This document shows positions 55,298-64,000 of a DNA stretch of 64,000 nucleotides, in pieces; within the stretch, counting starts at the first letter, position 1; every line of letters begins with the position of its first letter. Position numbers and translations under genes: made by a program. The stretch covers positions 16,699 to 80,698 of the forward strand of contig CAWFUO010000009.1 in assembly GCA_963819095.1 (NCBI GenBank), read 5' to 3'. This stretch comes from Candidatus Dormiibacterota bacterium (GTDB lineage Bacteria; Chloroflexota; Dormibacteria; Aeolococcales; Aeolococcaceae). Below the pieces are notes generated by a model. It was not told where the DNA came from and did no database searches. It saw nothing but the letters and a program-made list of their open reading frames with translations.

Positions 55298-56677
55298 GTG
55301 ACGGACGCGGCACCACCAAACTACGCCGCGCCGCCGCCCGGGCCTCCCCCGGTCGCGCTCGCGATCGCCAACGACCTCGTGACCCGGTACCGGCTCAGGC
55401 TTGCCGACGCGCGCGACGGACGGCTTGGGGAGATGCTCGACCACTACGTGCTCGCGGCGGCGATGTGGAATGGCCCTCGCGCGGCGCTGGTCGCCTTCTA
55501 CCAGCCGCCGGCCGATCCCGCCCAGGCCGGCCCCGACCTTGCCGCACGATGCGACATGGCGCGACGCTGGGGCTTCGACCGCCTGCGTCAGCAGGGGGCG
55601 CAAGTGTGCGACATCCTGCTGATCGCGCTCGGACCGCTCGCCGGGACACTGTCGGCGTCAACCACGCCGGACGACCCGGTGCGCCTCGGCGTCGCCTGGG
55701 TGGATCCGATCAACGCCACCGCGGGCACGGTGCTGCCCATCCCGCCCGGACTGCCGTCGATCGGTGAGCTGCGCTCCCGGGTGCGTGCGGTCCACGACGG
55801 GGCGCCGGTTCCGACGCTCGCGGCAGTCGACCTTGCGGAGCGGCAGACCGTCGCCGGTGGCTATGTGGCCCCGGTGCGCCGGGCCATGATCACGCAGCCG
55901 TATATGACGTATGCGCTGATCGCGGTCTTCGTCGTGATCTGGATCTTCGAGTACGCAACGATGTCCTTGCACCCGACAGCGAGCGGACCCGACATCTGTT
56001 CCTGGGGCGCGTTGCCGAATGCGGAGCTGTACCCGTCGTTCGGTCAGAGCCCGGCATGCGACGTGACCTGGTGGCGCTTCATCAGCAGCGCCTTCCTGCA
56101 CGATCCGACCAATGTCTATCACGTGCTTTTCAACAGCATCGCGATGCTCTTCATCGGCCGGCTGGTCGAGCAACTGTACGGGCGGCTCGTGCTGCTCGGG
56201 GTCTTCCTGATCACCGCCATCGGGGGCGGCCTGCTCTGGGTCGCGGTGAGCACGTATGGACCGACCCTGCCAGGGGTTCTGCCGGCCACGATTTCGCTTG
56301 GCGCGTCAGGCGGTATCGCGGGTCTGGTGGGATTCCTGCTGATGCTCGGCCGGGTGCAGGGCAAGAACGTGCCGGTCGGAATTACACACACGGTGCGCAA
56401 CTACGCGGTGACCGTGATCGTCCTCAACGTCGTGCTCACCTTCGTCTTCGGTCCCACGCTCGATATCAACAACTACGCGCATCTTGGCGGGCTCATCACG
56501 GGAGCGGCGCTGGGGTTGCTCATCCCGCCACTCATGTCGATCGGCGGTCGCGACCACATGGTCGTCGAGAGGGCGGTGCTCTGGGCAGCGATCGCGTTCA
56601 GCGCCGTGTCGCTGCTCCTCGCTGTGCTCAACCTCACCACCACGATCATCCACCCGCCACCACCCTTCGCCGGATAG
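55298..56677 (+). CDS. rhomboid-family intramembrane serine protease with ~200-aa N-terminal cytoplasmic domain
   Basis: WRFISSAFLHD...HVLFNSIAMLFIG, GASGGIAGLVG (catalytic Ser), YAHLGGLITGAALG (catalytic His). Confidence 0.85.
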   Translation: MTDAAPPNYAAPPPGPPPVALAIANDLVTRYRLRLADARDGRLGEMLDHYVLAAAMWNGPRAALVAFYQPPADPAQAGPDLAARCDMARRWGFDRLRQQGAQVCDILLIALGPLAGTLSASTTPDDPVRLGVAWVDPINATAGTVLPIPPGLPSIGELRSRVRAVHDGAPVPTLAAVDLAERQTVAGGYVAPVRRAMITQPYMTYALIAVFVVIWIFEYATMSLHPTASGPDICSWGALPNAELYPSFGQSPACDVTWWRFISSAFLHDPTNVYHVLFNSIAMLFIGRLVEQLYGRLVLLGVFLITAIGGGLLWVAVSTYGPTLPGVLPATISLGASGGIAGLVGFLLMLGRVQGKNVPVGITHTVRNYAVTVIVLNVVLTFVFGPTLDINNYAHLGGLITGAALGLLIPPLMSIGGRDHMVVERAVLWAAIAFSAVSLLLAVLNLTTTIIHPPPPFAG

Positions 56678-56702
56678 CGAACCTCGCCGCGGCGACGTCA
56701 GG

Positions 56703-57054
56703 TCAGACCGCGCGCTCGCCCGCGGGATCGCCCCACAGCCCCTCGAGGTCGTAGAAGGTCCGCTCGCCAGGCAGGAAGACGTGGGCAATCACCGCATCGA
56801 AGTCCGCGCATGCCCATGACGCGTCCTTGAGGCCCGCGACCGCGAGCGCGCGGACTCCGTGTTCCTTGCAGACGTCGGTGATATTGTCGGTGATGGCACG
56901 AACTTGGCGGTCGGTGTCGCCTTCGCAGATAACGAAATAATCAGCGATGGTCGTCTTGCCGCGGATGTCGAGCACCACCACGTCACGCGCCTTCTTGTCG
57001 GCTGCTGCGGCGGCGATGATGCCGGCCAGATCCGTGGAGGTCATCCGATTCGCA

Positions 57055-57062
<8 letters not shown>
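56703..57062 (-). CDS. rsfS: ribosome silencing factor RsfS
   Basis: AADKKARDVVVLDIRGKTTIADYFVICEGDTDRQVRAI...WACADFDAVIAHVFLPGERTFYDLEGLW. Start ATG 57062 or 57044. Confidence 0.9.
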
Positions 57063-58964
<1,902 letters not shown>

Positions 58965-59282
58965 TCAGCCGGTCGCTGTGACCGGCTCCTCGTCGGGCTC
59001 TTCGATCATCTCGCCGACCGAGAAGATGGGCATCGCGCGAACGTTGGCGCGCGTCCTGTCGTGGCCGGTGTGATCGTAGGCAACCGTGCCCGTGCGCAAG
59101 GCGAAGAGCGTGTGATCGCGGCCCACGCCAACGTGCTCTCCCGCGAGGATCTTGGTGCCGCGCTGGCGCACCAGGATGCTGCCGGCGAGCACGACCTCAC
59201 CGGTGTGGCGCTTCACGCCGAGGCGCTTCGCCTTGGAATCGCGGCCGTTGCGGGAGCTCCCGCCACCTTTCTTATGCGCCAT
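58965..59282 (-). CDS. rpmA: 50S ribosomal protein L27 (with ~20-aa acidic C-terminal extension)
   Basis: [40 protein letters not shown]. The ATG lies inside the rplU 3' end (11-nt overlap). Confidence 0.95.
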   Translation of the reverse strand: MAHKKGGGSSRNGRDSKAKRLGVKRHTGEVVLAGSILVRQRGTKILAGEHVGVGRDHTLFALRTGTVAYDHTGHDRTRANVRAMPIFSVGEMIEEPDEEPVTATG

Positions 59283-59880
59283 CGGCTGGTTCCTTCTTGG
59301 GTTTGGGTGTCCTGGCTCGCTTCGGGGCCGCGGGCTTCTCTGCCGCCGCCTTCTCTGTCTCGGCGACCGCGACCTCGGCCTCCACGGCATCCTCGACCGC
59401 TTGCTCGGCGACGGCGATCTCTGCCTCGGCCTCCTCGGCTTCCACCGCGATCGCCTCGGCCTCTGCCGCGATGGCTTTGACCTCAGCCTCGTCCGGCTCC
59501 GCTTTGGCGGCGGCCTTCGGTGCCGCGGCCCGCTTCGGCGCGGCCGCCTTCGGCTTGGCAGCGGCCTTGCCGCGGCCGACCTCGTCGATGAGCAGCTCGG
59601 TCAGCTGGCTGCGGTAGCCGAGCGTGCGCCGATGGCGCTTCTTCGGCTTGTACGAGAAGACGCGGATCTTGCGCCCCCGGCGATGCGCGACAACGGTCGC
59701 CGTGACGGACGCCTCGACCGGCGATCCCTTGGCCACATCGGTCTCGGCACCGTCACCGATCAGCAGGACCGACTCCAGGGTCACGGTCGAGCCCACCTCG
59801 ACGGGAATGCGGTCGACAAGGATCCGGTCGCCCGCAGCGACACGATATTGATGACCGCCGTGTTGAAGGATTGCGTACAT
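59272..59880 (-). CDS. rplU: 50S ribosomal protein L21 with ~100-aa Ala/Lys/Glu-rich C-terminal extension
   Basis: [14 protein letters not shown]...[26 protein letters not shown] core, then a low-complexity tail. Confidence 0.95.
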   Translation of the reverse strand: MYAILQHGGHQYRVAAGDRILVDRIPVEVGSTVTLESVLLIGDGAETDVAKGSPVEASVTATVVAHRRGRKIRVFSYKPKKRHRRTLGYRSQLTELLIDEVGRGKAAAKPKAAAPKRAAAPKAAAKAEPDEAEVKAIAAEAEAIAVEAEEAEAEIAVAEQAVEDAVEAEVAVAETEKAAAEKPAAPKRARTPKPKKEPADGA

Positions 59881-59997
59881 ATGCCTCTCTCGCCGGGAGC
59901 GGGTTCACTCCACACTGAGGAACGCCGGCTGTTACCGGTCGCGATACGCGAGGTTACCACGTGAGCGCGGCCGCAGGCCCTCGCGGACGGGACGCAA

Positions 59998-60927
59998 TCA
60001 GGAGTTGAAGACGTTGAGCGGTGCGGCATTGACGGCGCTGACGTGGTCGCGCGAGGCGTCGGTGACCGAAACCTGAATGGGGAAAACGCCCTTGCCAGGG
60101 TTGGGGACGCACTGCGCGATGAACTCGATGATGAGCGTGCCCGGGCCGAGCGTCGTCTGAGGAGGTAACTCGAAGCCGCCGTAGAACACGAGATAGGCGC
60201 CTTTGACCGGGGATATCAGCGCTTCGACCGATGAGTTGCCTCCGAACGGCATGATCGTCGACTGGTACTGGAGCACCGGCGGCAACGTGACCAGCACGTC
60301 GACGGTGGGGGCGATGCCGGTCCCCTTGTTCGTGACCGTGACCTTGTACGTGACCTGCCCCGCGGGATGCACCGTCCCGGGGCTGACCGACGCTGTCACG
60401 CCGAGCCTCGGCGCTTCGTGGACCGCGACTTGAATCGGACGGCTCTGGACCGTATCGGTGAGGCTGTCGTCGATCACCGCCGCCGAGACTGCATACGTGT
60501 CCGGCTGCGCGACGATGTTGACACCGAAGTTGATGGTCACCGACGCATAGCTCGCCTGACCGTTGGGTGACGTCGGCGAGGAGAGCGACCACACGCCCCA
60601 CTGCGGATTGGAGCCGCCAACCTGCGCATCCTCCGGCGTCGTACGCGCGGCGCTGTCGCTGTTGATGTAGTTGGTGGCGGCGAACTGAAACCCGGCAGGC
60701 ATCAGCGCATGGATGACCACACCCGACGCATTCCCCGGACCCAGGTTGTGCACGATGATCGTGAAATCGGCGTTGGTGGTTCCCGGGGTGTACGAGCGGC
60801 CGAAGTCCGACGTGAGGGTCACGGTAAGCTGCGCCGCCTCAGTGCTGCACGACGTGATCAGCAGTACAACCGGCGCCAGCAGCGAGACCGCAAGGATGCC
60901 CGTGAGGTGCGACGCCAGTGCTCGCAA
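59998..60927 (-). CDS. DUF11 (conserved repeat domain) lipoprotein
   Basis: Signal peptide with lipobox-like LITSC. Repeats of the type DFTIIVHNLGPGNASGVVIHALMPAGFQF and VTYKVTVTNKGTGIAPTVDVLVTLPPVLQY. Confidence 0.65.
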   Translation of the reverse strand: MRALASHLTGILAVSLLAPVVLLITSCSTEAAQLTVTLTSDFGRSYTPGTTNADFTIIVHNLGPGNASGVVIHALMPAGFQFAATNYINSDSAARTTPEDAQVGGSNPQWGVWSLSSPTSPNGQASYASVTINFGVNIVAQPDTYAVSAAVIDDSLTDTVQSRPIQVAVHEAPRLGVTASVSPGTVHPAGQVTYKVTVTNKGTGIAPTVDVLVTLPPVLQYQSTIMPFGGNSSVEALISPVKGAYLVFYGGFELPPQTTLGPGTLIIEFIAQCVPNPGKGVFPIQVSVTDASRDHVSAVNAAPLNVFNS

Positions 60928-60947
60928 CCGCCTGCTCCGCGGAACGG

Positions 60948-61607
60948 TCAGACCCTGGTTGCGGTGCGAAGCGGCGCGAGCGGACGCCGCTGCCGCGATG
61001 CGGTCAGCATGATGTCCGTTGTCCGCGGGAGCGGATCGGGATAGCCGATCTCGCCGAGCAGACGGAGCGCAAGGCCGACGTCGAGCCCGATGACCGTGTC
61101 GATCCGTCCGGCAACCGCCTCAACGAAATCCGAGCCGCCACCCTGGATGGCGTACGCGCCCGCGCGATCAAGCGGCTCGCCGGAGGCCACGTACATGTCG
61201 AGCGCATCGTCGGTGAAGTCACAGAACTTGACCGCTGAACGGCTCACGCCGAGCGCCTCGTGATCACTCTCGGTGCACATCGCGCAGACGCCGGTGAGCA
61301 CCGTGTGGCGCTTGCCACGCAGGTCGTTGAGCATCTCGCGGGCCATCTCCGGGGTACGCGGCTTACCAAGGGGACCGCGAGGGCCGACCACGATCGTGTC
61401 GGCGCTGAGCACGTAGGTGCCGGCGGGCACGAGCTTGCTCACCGCGACCGCCTTCTGTCGGGCGACCAGCTGCACGGCGAGCTCAGCACTCACGCCGGCC
61501 GGAAGGCTGACGTCCTCGGGGGGCTCCATGATCCGGAAACGGATCCCCGCCCGGGTCAGCAGCTCGCGTCGGCGAGGCGACCTGGACGCGAGAACGATTC
61601 CAATCAC
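60948..61607 (-). CDS. maf: Maf-family nucleoside triphosphate pyrophosphatase
   Basis: IVLASRSPRRRELL, SADTIVV, GKP, H.VLTGV, GAYAIQG. Confidence 0.9.
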   Translation of the reverse strand: MIGIVLASRSPRRRELLTRAGIRFRIMEPPEDVSLPAGVSAELAVQLVARQKAVAVSKLVPAGTYVLSADTIVVGPRGPLGKPRTPEMAREMLNDLRGKRHTVLTGVCAMCTESDHEALGVSRSAVKFCDFTDDALDMYVASGEPLDRAGAYAIQGGGSDFVEAVAGRIDTVIGLDVGLALRLLGEIGYPDPLPRTTDIMLTASRQRRPLAPLRTATRV

Positions 61608-61718
61608 GTGGCGTTCACGCGCGCAACAGCCGCATCGAAATCTCGCGCCAACTCACGTTCCATGCTAGCACCGCGACGCGACCCCCAGTTGATGAGGTCG
61701 ACGTTCGCGTACAACGGT

Positions 61719-62456
61719 TTATGGGTGCGCGGCGATCACCGCGGTCACCGATGCCGCAAGCGAGCACACAAACGCGATGGCCACGAGTGAAGGATGCTCC
61801 CCGTTGGTGGCCGCCCCTACCAGCCTGAGGAGCAGCGCGTAGACGGCGACCGACGCGACCAGCCCGACCACCCAGAGCGGCGCCACCGGCCAGAGCTGCC
61901 CCGGCGGGATGACGATGGCCAGCACGACAACCAGGGACGCTGCCACCGCCATCGCACGAGCTGCCACCGAGCCCCGTGGCGCCTGGGGCTGGACCACGAT
62001 CGGTAGGGCGACGAGCAGGCCGGCCACGGCGAGGATCCGGGTTGCGACGCTGATGCTCCCCGATGCCGCGGCGATATCGGTGCTCGAGAACGAGGCGGCC
62101 AGAAGCCCGAGCAGCACGAGCGAGATGCCGCCGAGGGCTACGAGAACGCGCCGGCGCCGCGACCATGGGTCGGGGGCCACCAGTGACCCCGTCACCACCA
62201 CGAGCAGCACGGATGCCACCAGGTTCGGGGTGGCCCCGCCCGGAGGCGGCAGTGACGCGGCCGGGGTTCCAGGAAGCGGGGCCATGGCCGCGGCAACGAT
62301 CGCTGCGCCGATGGCGGCGAGGCCCCGCACGTCGAGCGCGCCGCCGCGCGGCAGCCCGGCGCCGCGCCAAGTGATCCAGGCCATCGCGGCAAGGAAGAGG
62401 CCCCCCGGATAGACGGCGAGCGCCACGATCTCCAGCAACAGGCCGAGGGGATCCAT
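61719..62456 (-). CDS. Ala/Leu/Val-rich polytopic membrane protein, unknown function
   Basis: 245 aa with about 7 hydrophobic segments. Starts 4 nt downstream of the preceding membrane-protein gene. Confidence 0.45.
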   Translation of the reverse strand: MDPLGLLLEIVALAVYPGGLFLAAMAWITWRGAGLPRGGALDVRGLAAIGAAIVAAAMAPLPGTPAASLPPPGGATPNLVASVLLVVVTGSLVAPDPWSRRRRVLVALGGISLVLLGLLAASFSSTDIAAASGSISVATRILAVAGLLVALPIVVQPQAPRGSVAARAMAVAASLVVVLAIVIPPGQLWPVAPLWVVGLVASVAVYALLLRLVGAATNGEHPSLVAIAFVCSLAASVTAVIAAHP

Positions 62457-62460
62457 CGTC

Positions 62461-63705
62461 TCAGTGTCCGAAGACGAATCCGGTCAGGGACTGGGGCGCG
62501 AGACCCACGGCGATGCCGGCGGCCACCAGCAGCCAGGCCGCAAGGTCCGTCAGACGCTCACGCCATGCCGGCGTGCCTGCGGGGTGAGCTTTGGCTGCGC
62601 AAGCCATCAGCGCCGCAATGAAGATCGCGCCCATGGCGACCACCGCGGCGATCGTCGACCCGATGTTCCCTGCCGCGAGCGCCTCGAGGAGCAGCAGGCG
62701 GCCCCAGAACGACGGTGATGGCGGAACGCCACTGAGCAGGGCCCAGGCAACCCGGCGTGGCCAGAGCAGCGTGGCATCCCCGGCGCGCAACAGGATCGGC
62801 GCCAGTATGAGGTGGGTCAGGAGGATCACCAGCGCGCCGGTGACCGCCGGTGACATGCGGGCCCCTTCGACAGCCGCGACGCAGAGCGCGATATCGGCCA
62901 TGAACACGCGCCCGTACCGGGTGCTCTCCGGGCCGCGAACCGCCCAGATCCCTCCCCAGACGGCACTCCCCAACCCGATGACCAGCAGGACGTGCTCGAA
63001 GACGGGAGTGCCGGCGCCCAGAACGCCGCCGGGAATCCGCTCGGCGATGATCAGGACCACCGGGACCAGCAGGATCAGCCAGGGCGCGATCTCGACGGGA
63101 CGGAGCGTGCGGATGGCTCCCGCCGCCCAACCGCCGAGCGGGTAGACGGCGAGCAACGCAGCAACTCCGGTGGCCAGCAGGGCGCCCACCACCACGGGAC
63201 GATCGCCGGTGGTAAAGCCGCTCAGGGGCAAGAGCGGCGATGCGGCGAGGATCGCAGCGGTCCCCGTGCCGGCCACACGCCCGGCCGCGAGGGTCACCCG
63301 CCCTGGGGACTGGGCGATCCATCGAAGCCCAAGGGTCGCGACCGCGGTGACCAGGACGAGGCCGGTGAGCAGCGGGCTGGTGCTTGCCATCGCGATGGTC
63401 GCGGCCGCCCCGACCACCCCGATGCTCCGGCCGATCGAAGGGTCGATCGAGGGCTGGAGCAGGATGACCAGGACCATCGAAAGCGCCGCTGCGATCAGCA
63501 CCCCCTGGCCGGCTCTGTCGAGACCCGTGATAGCGCTCAGGCCGCCGAGGGGCACGATGGGAACGGCCGACCTGGCCGAGAAGAACGTCAGCGCGGCGCC
63601 GGCCAGCGGAACGAGCGCAACGAGCCTCGAGGTCCGCCGGCGGAGCATCGCCGAGGTGATCAGGCCGAGCGCAAGCCACGCGGCGGCGATGATGAGCGGG
63701 TTCAC
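62461..63705 (-). CDS. degenerate NuoL/M/N-MrpD-like (Proton_antipo_M-like) membrane protein
   Basis: About 12 helices. LSGVPPSPSFWGRLLLLEAL resembles the G.PP..GF..K motif, and RYGRVFMADIALCVAAV sits in the position of the AYSS..H.G motif. Start set to GTG 63705 (GTGA overlap); the ORF-track N-terminal 77 aa are Arg-rich. Confidence 0.45.
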   Translation of the reverse strand: MNPLIIAAAWLALGLITSAMLRRRTSRLVALVPLAGAALTFFSARSAVPIVPLGGLSAITGLDRAGQGVLIAAALSMVLVILLQPSIDPSIGRSIGVVGAAATIAMASTSPLLTGLVLVTAVATLGLRWIAQSPGRVTLAAGRVAGTGTAAILAASPLLPLSGFTTGDRPVVVGALLATGVAALLAVYPLGGWAAGAIRTLRPVEIAPWLILLVPVVLIIAERIPGGVLGAGTPVFEHVLLVIGLGSAVWGGIWAVRGPESTRYGRVFMADIALCVAAVEGARMSPAVTGALVILLTHLILAPILLRAGDATLLWPRRVAWALLSGVPPSPSFWGRLLLLEALAAGNIGSTIAAVVAMGAIFIAALMACAAKAHPAGTPAWRERLTDLAAWLLVAAGIAVGLAPQSLTGFVFGH

Positions 63706-64000
63706 GCCTCGGCTTCGAGCCGCGCCAGCGGGCGACGCGAGCTTCTGCCGTTGAGCCATCCGGCGAGCAACGCCGCCAGAGGGGCGGCGACGCAGGCAAA
63801 GACCGCTCCGCCGAAGGAGTCGGTGCCGCCGCGCAGGAGCCAGGCGGTTGCGGTCGCGATGGCGATCATCGCCACACCGACGGCCAGGTCCTCGACGGTT
63901 CGGGCAACCAGCAGCCTGACCACGCCGCAGACCCATGCATACGCGATGGGGAAGAGGAATCCCTGGACGGCTGCGATCTGGCCCACGGGGACGTTGAAGC
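63702..64000 (-). CDS. small membrane protein, probably partial (frame stays open to the window edge)
   Basis: Hydrophobic helices (FLFPIAYAWVCGVV, VGVAMIAIATATAWLL, AVFACVAAPLAALLAGWL). The reading frame has no stop between 63986 and 64000. Confidence 0.35.
   Translation of the reverse strand, partial: FNVPVGQIAAVQGFLFPIAYAWVCGVVRLLVARTVEDLAVGVAMIAIATATAWLLRGGTDSFGGAVFACVAAPLAALLAGWLNGRSSRRPLARLEAEA

Noticed and set aside
59290-59570. Repetitive GC-rich DNA (gcctcggc-type repeats at 59290..59570, and the Ser/Pro repeat DNA at 54350..54425), considered as possible tandem-repeat or CRISPR-like elements.
   Set aside because: Both are in-frame low-complexity coding sequence (the L21 tail and the PBP tail). 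There are no regularly spaced identical repeats with unique spacers.

Overview
GC-rich (roughly two-thirds G+C by eye), gene-dense bacterial chromosomal window. I recognised no rRNA, tRNA, CRISPR array, transposase or integrase. All family calls come from motif recognition in the ORF translations; no searches were run. Start codons were re-picked where the ORF track runs into antisense or Arg-rich extensions.

Layout:
(1) 0.2-9.9 kb is a mixed accessory region. It holds an AbrB/RelE-like TA pair, a NarL-type two-component system, a GT-C (PMT/ArnT-like) glycosyltransferase, a GNAT, a MarR plus SDR divergon with two dyad operators, a tandem-HTH protein, vapBC and an F420/LLM oxidoreductase.
(2) 10.1-45.2 kb is a ~35 kb cell-surface glycan island.
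- A complete pseudaminic-acid-type nonulosonic acid pathway (pseB-pseC-pseG-pseF-like, with pseH-pseI on the other strand).
- A Wzx flippase and two KpsS/KpsC- or TagF-like transferase candidates.
- An AAC(3)-like plus COG4310 aminopeptidase-like pair.
- Two polyprenyl-phosphate sugar synthases (one ArnC-like, one GtrB-like).
- Three very large polytopic GT-C-like membrane proteins.
- A WecE-type aminotransferase plus GNAT, two SAM methyltransferases and a split transketolase.
- Ugd plus UDP-xylose synthase, an ExoA-like GT2 and a priming polyprenyl glycosylphosphotransferase.
- A secreted Asp-box/Ig-like protein.
(3) 45.2-64 kb is housekeeping: a D,D-carboxypeptidase, MOSC, an XRE regulator translationally coupled to clpP, a GT87/DUF2029-like GT-C, OsmC, an orphan AAA+ ATPase, class A PBP, rhomboid, rsfS-nadD-obg-rpmA-rplU, a DUF11 lipoprotein, maf, and a membrane-protein operon running off the window edge.

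The most interesting candidate is the Pse pathway linked to KpsS-like ulosonic-acid transferases and multiple lipid-linked-sugar/GT-C modules.

Caveat: at least four apparent 1-nt frameshifts (near 17.72, 44.76, 54.34 and 55.02 kb) and two genes without a canonical start codon at the expected position (obg, SDR at 31.7 kb). These point either to assembly indels or to real pseudogenisation and non-canonical initiation.
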